NCBI GenBank assembly: GCA_964035545.1
Contig: OZ037770.1
Location: 8,748,973-8,812,972, forward strand
Length of the DNA: 64,000 bases
Source: Bugula neritina
Lineage: Eukaryota > Animalia > Bryozoa
Direction: 5' to 3'
Numbering within the stretch: position 1 is the first letter of the stretch; each line of letters begins with the position of its first letter. A model generated the notes under the pieces. The model had not been told where the DNA came from and did not search any database. It saw nothing but the letters and a program-made list of their open reading frames with translations. Of this stretch, positions 1 to 9,613 are shown piece after piece. Made by a program: the position numbers and the translations under genes.

Positions 1-104
1 ATAATATATCTATAGATATTGCCAGTGGTCATTAAATTATGGTATGTTAAGCCATGGTTTATAAAAATCTTTATTAATTGTTATATTATATATAAACATA
101 TTTC

Positions 105-149
105 TATTACCCAAACAAGACAATGCGGAGATAGGTAAGGTGAGAAAAA
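105..149 (+). mobile_element. ~42-bp micro-interspersed element, copy 1 (degenerate)
   Basis: ctattacccaaacaagacaatgcggagataggtaaggtgagaaaa matches the copies at 23621-23662 and 40061-40101; flanked by taaacata on both sides. Confidence 0.5.
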
Positions 150-391
150 TCTTTAAACATAATATTATATACAAATTTTGCTAATTTTTAACTATATTAT
201 ATCTTAGCATGTATCAACTACATGATACTATGCTGAATCAATTTTTGGTGATGCATTAGGCAAACTAGACACACTATTTTAGCAAAATTATCAGCACATA
301 TTATGTAGGTTAAAAGTTAGTTGAAATTGCTGTGTATGTAACATTACAATATAATAAGTAATTGATGATGTAAGTCGTAATTTTATTTTAC

Positions 392-1321
392 CTGCTCTAT
401 GATCAGTTTCTGTCATGTATTTTTGAATGAGAGAACCCATACTCCGTATACCACAGTGCTCGGCAATCTCAACTGGCTTCAAATGGTTAACATTTTTCAA
501 TTCTAGTATTGCCTTTTGATCTCTTAAAGACAAGATCTTTAGCAAACACTCCATTTTGTCCACTTCATCGGTATAAGCCACACTGTGCACTGGCGAATTT
601 GTAAAAGTTCTAACTTGTTTTCTGGTGATATCCTGCGGTTTATCATATTCATGAGCTCTGTAAAAAGACCACTGGAGCTGACATTTAGTGCAAGGTGCAC
701 TACAGTCTGTCCAAGATTGTTTTGAGTTGCCAACAGAGGACAAAGTATTTCCGATGGATGCTCATCCATAAATGTTTTTAAAACTTTAGTGCTGCCTCTT
801 TGTATGGCAACATGGAGCAAAGTATTACCTGCATGGCATTTGGCATTGTAGAGGTTAGTAAACTGCTTTTCCATGATAAAGTTGATGAAGAGCTTTAAAA
901 CTTCTGATCTGTTGTAGTGAGCTGCGAAATGCAAAGGTGTATACCCAGAATAATTTTGGCTTCCTAAAAGTTCACGCATGTCTTCTGGTGGTAATAAGTC
1001 AATTATCTTCTGCAGTGTGTCAACCTTTGTATAAACAGTTGCCCAGTGTACCGGCGTGTTTCTCTCTCTATTCTGAGCCTTTAGCAGCTGATGTCTCATG
1101 TCACGATCCAAACAGAGTAAAATAGTAGACATTGTGTCTTCTTTTGACTTTTCTGCGGCTCTGTGTGCAGCTGAAGCACCTTCCTCATCTTGGGCAGTCA
1201 GTAGCTCCAGCTTCTGCTGCTGAGAAAGAGGGTCTAGTAATCTGTTTATAGCGTGTAGATCTTCCTCCATAACAGCCTTATACAAAACACTCTTGTCATT
1301 GGTAGACATGACAGCGGACAC
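392..1321 (-). pseudogene. Ankyrin-repeat protein exon with a frameshift near 590-600 (pseudogene or sequence error); gene probably continues beyond this exon
   Basis: ORF 539..1321 has about six repeats of the type LLxxQ(N/D)xxG(N/Y)TP(V/L)HxA. The pattern resumes in another frame (PVHSVAYTDEVDKMECLL...NHLKPVEIA, ORF 291..743). Acceptor-like TTAG|G near 1322 and donor AG|GTAAAA near 391. Confidence 0.75.
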
Positions 1322-1716
1322 CTAACTACTAGTTTCAATCTTCTTATGTCAGTGTGATAGCATTGTGTGAAATTGGGCAAATTCCTTGCTACATCTTATA
1401 TTGATTGTATTATTGATTTATTAATTCAAGCGAGTAATCAATCTGAAAACTGTTTTCTTTTTATCCTTGAATAAATTTCTCAATATCACTCTCAAAGTAT
1501 TTTGCTAATTATGTGAGACTATAATTTCTTTAGCCTTATTTTTTAAACAAATAATTGCTTTGTTTGCTGGAAAAAAGAGTCTTAACCAGTATTAGATTAA
1601 CTCACTATACAAATATGAACAGCAATTCTATGCAACATTATATATGCATTAGGTTTGAATTGAAACTGCATAATAGAAACTATATAAACAATATAGTTTT
1701 ACAAATAAGGCCATAT

Positions 1717-2119
1717 TGTAGTGAATTTTGCCAGTTCACTATTATTATGTGTGGGTCTACTTAAACAAAGCCATTGCACCAGGTTGCTAAGATAACTTTA
1801 TTATTTACACAAATACAAGAAGGTTATTTACTGCTAGCATGAATAGAAAACGATTACATAATTAGTGAGCTTTAATACACAACTACTCTAAATGAAGTCC
1901 CAAGCTGCTCTGCCGGCTAAATACTCAGCACACTGCAACTACGAGTAGCTAGCTCCACCTGCTATCAATTAGTGTGACTGTCCTGATTGGTGGTTACTAG
2001 TGGTGCCACTGCTGTCCGTAGCTACAATCCGACAGGGTCGAACTCACAATATAATAAACAATATAGAGTGAACCTTTTCGATTAATACAATAATAATTGC
2101 ACTACTAAAATCCATCACA
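1717..2119 (-). repeat. 3' LTR (403 bp)
   Basis: Direct repeat of 9205-9613 with 5 substitutions and one 6-bp indel by manual alignment. Minus strand reads TGTGATGG...CACTACA and contains AATAAA. Confidence 0.97.
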
Positions 2120-2130
2120 CTCTCCTCACC
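2120..2130 (-). promoter_or_regulatory. Polypurine tract
   Basis: GGTGAGGAGAG immediately precedes the TG of the 3' LTR on the minus strand. Confidence 0.85.
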
Positions 2131-2370
2131 TATCGAAAAGTACTCTCTATACTTAATATTTACATGACAGTAACACACGAATAATGATTAAAATAACATA
2201 GGTTTTTACAAAACTAGAGGTACACACCTGAACAAGAGAAAAATATATACAGGGTAAATAATATAAGTATAATAACACGAGTCTTCACGCCGTAGTCCAT
2301 AACACCTATTTACATTACTTGACTAGCCCGAATGGGGGGGGGGGTACGTGTGTAGGTGGCCGCACTTCTA

Positions 2371-3579
2371 TCACTTCTTCGCCAGCCGTTTCTCTAGTCG
2401 GGTCTGCAACTTAGCCAGCTCGGTGGCCGCTCGCTTCTGTTCCTTACTGAGGCGGGCCATACGCCGTTGCACTTTCCTAATGTCAGTTAGTAGGGACTGG
2501 TCAGGGTCGCTGTCATCTCGGGGTGTGTTGCTAGCACCCCTCTTCTTCTTGTGGGTGTGTCGGGGCACATAGGAGATCGTCGTCGTCGGGGGTTGTGAGT
2601 CCTTAGTTACAGCGCGTCCAGTACGGGTTACTATGACGCGTAGAGGTCGAGTGGTTACGTCTGGAGGGTAGGTTGTCGTTGTCTCAGAGGGTTGAGGGTC
2701 TGCATCAGAGTCACTCTCTACTGTAGGTCGGGTAGCGGGAAGTGGTCTAGGAGAGTCTGTCGTCGGTCTGGGTCGGTCACGTGAGGTAGTATCAGATCCC
2801 TGAACTCAGTGTAGGAGTCCGCGTCAACTTCATATAAGTGTCCAATGTAGCAATCTCGAGTCCGTTGATGTCGTAGTATAGTGTCCCTGCAGAAGTGGTG
2901 GACTCCGCAGGGACAGAAAGTCACAGTAAAAGGTTGGGGGACATGTATTTTAAGTCTCTTGGTAGTGGATAGTGTTCGTCTACACTCAGTACATTGTCTA
3001 TTATCGTCTGACCCTACTAGTGCTTGAATCAGCGTACGAGTCCGTCGAGTCGTCCAGTTAGTCCGTTCGAGTAAGGCTTGTGGCAGTGCTAAAGTATTGT
3101 CATTGGCTACAGTCAAGTCGGTTATGTCCATCTGCATCGCAGTGTGTCGGTCGGTGTTTGTCGGGGAGTCCGTAAGCGTCGATAAGTGTATGTCGGACAG
3201 CATGTCTACCCCTGCTTCTGACATGCTGTCCCAGTTAGTCGTAGGTGTGTCAAGTAATGCCTGTATCTCGTCAGATACAGGCTCAGTCTCACCTGCAATA
3301 GAGTATTCAAATTCATGTGTTATTTGAATTATACTCTATGCGTGGGACTCCCGTTCCAAACGATATTGATAATCGAGTCTCACAGTCTGTCACTCACTGA
3401 TCGTATAATCAGCTGAGTCGACCGTCCCACTCTAACTATCAAATATTGTCTGATGTCAGGAGTTTCAACTTTATAATTATGATAAAGTGAGACTGCTGTC
3501 GCTACCAGAGTAAATTCTAATTAATTATTATAGAATTTCTAGTAGACTTACCCCCCAAAACAGTTGCTGCATTAGACAT
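2371..3579 (-). CDS. Retrotransposon accessory ORF3: spliced zinc-finger / basic / coiled-coil protein (~316 aa; exon 1 3579-3552, intron 3551-3293, exon 2 3292-2371; one 1-nt frameshift at ~2738)
   Basis: ATG TCT AAT GCA GCA ACT GTT TTG GGG G|GTAAGT ... TATTGCAG|GT GAG ACT joins in phase with ORF 2718..3224. That ORF contains CTEC-x12-H and CPCG...RHQRTRDC. Adding one C at 2737-2739 links it to ORF 2371..2568 (HKKKR; heptad-rich LLTDIRKVQRRMARLSKEQKRAATELAKLQTRLEKRL). Confidence 0.7.
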
Positions 3580-3820
3580 AATGATGCTGTTGTTTTCTTA
3601 GGGCTCGTAGATAGCCAAATTGTTTACTGCAAAAGACGTGCTGCCTGTTTGCTAGCTGTAATTGAAAAGAGCGCTCACAGCTAGAGTGCTTATGTAACAC
3701 CCTATACGCTGTTGAGTTGGCTACGCTCTGCTGACCCCCGGCTGACCTATTCAATCCGCCACTGGGTCGCCTGTTATCAATTACCTCGCTCCCCCAGACT
3801 TCTTTGTGAATGTCGCCATG

Positions 3821-6800
3821 CTACAGAATACTGTGCATGTCGACCAAGTCACACAAGAAGTCTTTCAAATAAGATGGTGGCGCCCTGGTACGTTGGCTAC
3901 GGTCCAACGGTACCGGGGAGTTTGCTGCGACTGGTGACTCTTCCACCACGGGTGGTGTCGCCAGTACGGGGGGGTCCACCAGTACGGGTGGCCCTCCCCC
4001 AGCTGCCTCTCCCTCATTATTTTGAGGAATTTCCATCTCATCCGGAACGATGGGCCTGTCGACCGGCTCCACAGGTGGTGGGGCCGGCTCTGACAGGTCT
4101 TCAGGTGTGTCGGCCTCCTCTTCCTGGGGTGGAGGAGGCTGGGGCTGGTCGGCCGACGCATCAGCCGCCCCGTCCTGGTTTGGCAGTATCTCCTCAATCT
4201 CTCGATACGCCATGGGTCGCCCCCTCATAGAAGGGCGCCTAGCTGGCTCTAAGAGAGGAGGTGCTTGACCTGCCGCATCAGGATTTGCCCAGTGAGGTTT
4301 TAGCCGTGCCACGTTCTGAATCGACACTTGTCCAGACCATTCCACTTTGTAGGTATGGTTTGGCATTACCTCAATTACGCAGTAGGGACCTACGAACTTC
4401 GGCTGCAACTTGGCTGCCTGTCCGCGCCTGCGGCGATGACTGGTCATCCAGACCCAGTCCCCCACCTTGTATAAAGGTGGGTCGTCAGAGTCACCACTTC
4501 TGACCTGCCACTGCTGCTCACATAGCACCTCGTGAGCCGTCCCCATGCGTTTTACGAGCTTGTCCACGTAGTCGTGGACATTGCTCTCGGGAGTCGGAAC
4601 ATGATAGGTTACGTGCTCAGGAACCCTGGTTTCTCTCCCCAGCATGAGAAAATTAGGGGTCTCCAGTGTACTGGAGTGAGGGGTACTACGGTACGCTCGC
4701 ATGATCTGCGGCAACACCAAGTCCCACTCTTTCTGGCTCCTACCGATAAGCAGGCTTCTCAGAGAGTCCCCTAGCATTCGGTTGTTCCGCTCCACAACCC
4801 CGTTCCCTTGCGGGTGATACGGGGTCGTCCGACTCTGGTTTACCCCCCACACTTTACAGAGATCGCTCATGAGTTGCGACTGAAACTGGGCGCCTTGGTC
4901 AGAGTGTATCTGCTCCGGCAAGCCGAAATAGCAGAACACCTGCTGATCCAAGGCTCTGGCCACCGAGGGGGCCGACGCATCTGGAATAGCCAGTGCATCG
5001 GCCCACCGCGTGAAATGGTCAGTTAATACCAGTATCCAGTTATTACCTCTCGCTGTTGTGGGCATGGGCCCTACCAGATCGACAGCAACCACCTGCCACG
5101 GACGACCGGCATGGAGGCGACGCCTCCCTGCGGTCTCAGTGGGGCGGCCATGCTTGCTAGCTTGGCACACCTCGCACTTCCGCGCCCGGAGTCGGACATC
5201 CCGGGTCATACCGGGCCAAAACCACTGGAGTTGAAGACACCTAGTCACCCGGCTAGCTCCTGCGTGAGCTTGCTTATGGGTGTCCCAGATCAACTCCCGC
5301 CTCAGAGCTGACGGGCAGACTACCCTCTCTCGTTCACTGCGATTGGTGCCGGCTGCCAACGTGATCGTTAGCAGCCCATCGCTGTTGAACCTGAGGGAGT
5401 CCCAGCGGTCACAGAAGTACTTAAACTCAGTACTCTTCACTCGCTGTTCGGCCTCACTCGGCCGCCGTCCCTCCTTCTTGGCCCGGACTAGGTCAGCTAC
5501 CACTCCTGGTAGCGTAGCCTGGAGCCGACATAGCTCCCTGACGTTCCGAAGCAACGTTGGGTTTGCGTGAAGGTTGTTAACAGCTTTGTTAGGAGATTCG
5601 GACAGGAGTTGCCCTTCTTCCCAGCTGTACACACCCGCTTTCCCCAACTGCGCTTCGACGTCCGAGCGAGGGGGTCCACCGTCCCTGCGCTCGATATTCT
5701 GGCACTGCTTACACCATCTGCCTGGCGGCGGCTGAGTCCATCTGCATTACCGTGTTTCTTACCGGGTCGATGCTCGATCCGATAAGAAAACTCTGCCAGG
5801 ATCTCTAGCCAGCGCGCTACTTGGCTTGATGGTTCTGCTCGTCGACACAGCCATATCAGGGACGCATGATCCGTCCGAAGCCGGAATGTGCGCCCATATA
5901 GATATGGTCTAAAGTGTTTGACCGCCTTGACTACTGCCAAGAGTTCCCTCCTGGTTGTACAGTAGTTCTTCTCAGGCGCCGACAGGGCCTTGCTATAGTA
6001 AGCCACCACCACCTCGCGACCATCTTGGACCTGCGATAGCACAGCCCCCACATTATGGTTACTGGCATCAGTATCCAAAATATACTCCTTCGCAGGGTCA
6101 GGATACGCCAAGATGGGTGCTTCCACCAGGCGATCCTTCAGGTGGTCAAATGCCTTCTGCTCAGCCTGCGTCCACTGCCATCACACCCCCTTTGCGGTCA
6201 GCCGATTTAACGGCTGTGAAATTCCGGCGAAGTCTGGTATGTACTGACGATAGTACCCTACCAGCCCCAGGAATGCCCGCAATTCAGAGAAGTCGACAGA
6301 GACGGCCCAGTCCCTCACAGCCCGTACCTTCTCGGGGTCGGTGGCGACCCAGTCTCGACCAACTACATGGCCCAGGTACTTAACCTCGCGTTGCAGTAAT
6401 GCACACTTCGAGGGCTTTAGCTTCAAGCTCGCAGCTCGGAGTCTGTCGAACACCTCCCTGAGTTGACTGACATGTGTGTCGAAGTCGGGGGAGATGACGA
6501 TGACATCATCGAGATAGATGAGCAAGGTATTCCAGTGCAGTCCACTCAGGACCTGCTCCATGAGTCGCTGGAAGGTGGCTGGTGCGGACGTAAGTCCGAA
6601 TGGCAACACCTTCCATTTCCAGAGCCCATCCCGCGTTATAAACGCGGCCTTGTCCTGTGCTTCAGGACTCAGGGGCACCTGCCAATACCCGCTTAGCAAG
6701 TCCAACAGGCTGAAGAACTTGCTACCAGCTAAGGCATCGAGCGACTCATCGATCCTCGGGAGAGGGTAAGCGTCCTGGATGGTCACGCTGTTCAGCCTGC

Positions 6801-8325
6801 GATAGTCAACGCAAAACCTCCAGCTACCACCCTTTTTCCGAACCAGGACGACTGGAGAACTCCAGGCCCCATGGCCTGGCTCAATCAGGTCCCGGTTCAG
6901 AAGGTCTTGCACCTGACGGCTCACTTCTCTCTCCTTCTCAGGACCTAACCGGCGGGTCGGCTGCCGAATCGGCGCCGTCCCCGCCGCCAGGGGTATCTCA
7001 TGACAGACAGTCTTAGTCAGACCCATGTCATGGTCGCCGCAACTAAACACGTCCTTGTACTCAGAGAGTAGCCGCGCCATCACCAGGCGTTCTCGCTTGC
7101 TCTCACAGCCATCACAGGCATCCTCGTACAACTCTGCTACGTGTTCAGGCACCGGCCCCCTGCCGTCTCTAGTGGGTACTCCCCGGGCGTCGTCCGCTGT
7201 TTCCAGCGCGGGCCCTACATCCTCCTCTTGCACGGAGTGGAACTTCCCTACTAGAGACCCAGCCGGTAATTCTACCGGCTCCGTGAAAGGGTTTACGCAC
7301 TGAACCAGGAACTCCCCCCGCTCATCCAGCCTATTCAGACTGTTAGCGAGCTGGACGCCCCCCAGTGCACCTTCCACCACTCTGAGCTCGGAGATTTCCC
7401 TACAGTTCACTCTGCAGCGAACTGTAGCCCGGGAGCGCCCAGGTACAGTACAGCGCTGTACCACCTGCACTCCCCCCACCAAGGGTCGGCCAAATCGGTC
7501 GACACAGGCCAGCTCACGCCCCGCCATCACTACTGCCGACTTGCTAAAGTCTATGTAGCACCTGTGTCGTTTCAGAAATGGCATGCCCAAGATGGCATCC
7601 TCCTTGAGTTGACTGACAATGAAGGTCTCACTGATCGTCTGATCACGGACTCTACCAGTCAACTGGATTACCCGTTAGAAAGGAATACACGACCCGTCCG
7701 CCAACGTGCCGTGCTCCCCTTCATATGGTTCTAGGCTAGCCCTGTCCCTGGCACTGAGAGTGTCGAATAGACGTCGACTCAGTAGATTTGTGGTGCACCC
7801 AGTATCCAACAGGAATGTGACAGCTTTGCCAGCAAGTTTGCCGGGGAGGAAATAGCTGCTTCCATATGGCTGAGCGCTCACTGAGCGATTTGTCTCTTGA
7901 GGCGACACCTCATGTGCATGGAGTTGGGGATGCACCTGTGCTTTTCGGTTGCGAGGGGGTCGTCGATGTTGCATGGGCGGGCAGGGTACGTCTCGGTCTC
8001 GCTCACACACGGGCGGCCGAGTGAATTCTCGGACTGATGCTCGTGTGGGCAACCGAGGAAAATCCCTGTTGTGCTCCCACTCGTCGTTCACTCCCTCATC
8101 AAGCAAACCTTCAAAGCGGTTTTTGAGTGCCCAAGCCGGAGGTATTGGTGGGCCTTGCGGCCTACTCACTCTCCTTGGGGCTTGCCACTCTGGCGAAGGC
8201 GGCCTCCTCACCCGGTGGGGTGTGGGCCGTAGCCTCTGCCTTGGGGGGTTAAACTGGGGCCCACGGTAGGCGGAAGTTACCGTGGGCCGTCGCTGTTTAA
8301 CCGCCTCCCACTGCCGCGGAGGCAA
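3821..8325 (-). pseudogene. pol: Gypsy pol polyprotein (protease, RT, RNase H, integrase), disrupted
   Basis: Protease FLLDTG; RT WRFCVDYRRLN, PFGL, YLDD; RNase H LDTDAS, RTDH, NADGLSR; integrase HHCC, VDL/SDQG/VVER (DDE) and GPY. In-frame stops at 7675-7677 and 6181-6183, frameshift at ~5713. No chromodomain; Pro-rich tail. Confidence 0.95.
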
Positions 8326-9149
8326 CTTCGTATGAAGTGCCCACCACTACCACAGCCCTAGCATACGGGGCCGCGCCTGTCGTCGACAGCTACCGACGAC
8401 CTCCTGGGTCTCTCGGCTGTCGCCTGCTGGCGCAGTTGCCTGATCTCGGCTAGCAGTTCTCGAATCAAGCTCTTGGTCAAGCTAGTAGATTCGTCTGCTG
8501 CTGCCGCTGCGACCTGTACAGCTGTCTTCGCCGGCGACGTCGACACGTCGTCTGCCCCGACCTGCTGTACTGTCGCACCAGGTCGACCTGCAATGTCGGC
8601 TTGGAAATAGGCATTCCAAAGCCTTAGAGCTCTCTCCATAGTCTCAACTTCAGCCACCAGCAGATGCTGTTTCAGACCGAGGTTGTTAATAGACTGGAGG
8701 AATGCATCCAGTGCTAGGCTCTGTCGACTGTCGGCAGGCAAGTCGCTGTAAGCAACTTGTGCCAGTCGTTCGACTGCGGTAGCATGCTCTCGCAGATTGG
8801 TCTTAGGATTTCTCCTAAGACTCTGCAGTTGCACGCGAGCATCTCGAGCGGTTAATCCAAACCGAGCTCGTAGTGCTTCAAATATGTCACCGACATTCTG
8901 GCTTATCCCATAGGGTTTAGCCGGCCCTGTCAGACATAACCGCAGCTAGATCAGAGTAACCCTATTCGGCCATCCGCAGATGTCCGCCACATCACTAAAC
9001 TCAGTGATGAATTGCTCCACATCCTCTTCCCCTAAGAAGATGGGAGCCCGCAAGTGGTACCTGTCCATAGGCAGCGCTGGGCCGCCTATGTGATCCTCCT
9101 CTACTGCTGCTGGCTCCTGTCTGGGCGCGTCGACGACTTCGTCGGCCAT
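8277..9149 (-). pseudogene. gag: Gypsy gag with CCHC zinc knuckle, two premature stops
   Basis: ORFs 8946..9149 and 8358..8834 are in one frame, separated by TAG. Reading through the 8358 TAG gives C*GCGSGGHFIRSC (Cx2Cx4Hx4C, likely TGG>TAG) ending at GPR*. Confidence 0.9.
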
Positions 9150-9183
9150 CTTACTCCCTGGCTAGGGGCATTTGTATTAAGTG

Positions 9184-9203
9184 GAATCCCACTGCTGCCA
9201 CCA
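9184..9203 (-). promoter_or_regulatory. Primer-binding site complementary to the 3' end of tRNA-Leu
   Basis: Minus strand TGGTGGCAGCAGTGGGATTC lies one nt after the 5' LTR. The plus strand GAATCCCACTGCTGCCA-CCA resembles the eukaryotic tRNA-Leu(AAG/TAG) 3' end. Confidence 0.85.
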
Positions 9204-9204
9204 G

Positions 9205-9613
9205 TGTAGTGAATTTTGCCAGTTCACTATTATTATGTGTGGGTCTACTTAAACAAAGCCACTGCACCAGGTTGTTTACGCTAAGATAACTTTATTATTT
9301 ACACAAATACAAGAAGGTTATTTACTGCTAGCATGAATAGAAAACGATTACATAATTAGTGAGCTTTAATACACAACTACTCTAAATGAAGTCCCAAGCT
9401 GCTCTGCCGGCTAGCTACTCAGCGCACTGCAACTACGAGTAGCTAGCTCCACCTGCTATCAATTAGTGTGACTGTCCTGATTGGTGGTTACTAGTGGTGC
9501 CACTGCTGTCCATAGCTACAATCCGACAGGGTCGAACTCACAATATAATAAACAATATAGAGTGAACCTTTTCGATTAATACAATAATAATTGCACTACT
9601 AAAATCCATCACA
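9205..9613 (-). repeat. 5' LTR (409 bp)
   Basis: Direct repeat of 1717-2119, adjacent to the PBS. Confidence 0.97.

Larger units (their letters stand above)
1717..9613 (-). mobile_element. Full-length Ty3/Gypsy (Metaviridae) LTR retrotransposon, decayed, with an extra 3' ORF
   Basis: Two near-identical TG...CA LTRs, PBS, PPT, and gag-PR-RT-RNaseH-IN order. Flanks ATAT (1713-1716) and CTAT (9614-9617) form a 4-bp TSD with one mismatch. Confidence 0.97.

Noticed and set aside
2371-3579. ORF3 as an env gene
   Set aside because: No signal peptide, fusion peptide or transmembrane segment; it has zinc-finger and basic motifs instead.
3712-8269. Numerous plus-strand and alternate-frame ORFs within pol
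   Set aside because: Expected shadows of a GC-rich coding region; no recognisable motifs.
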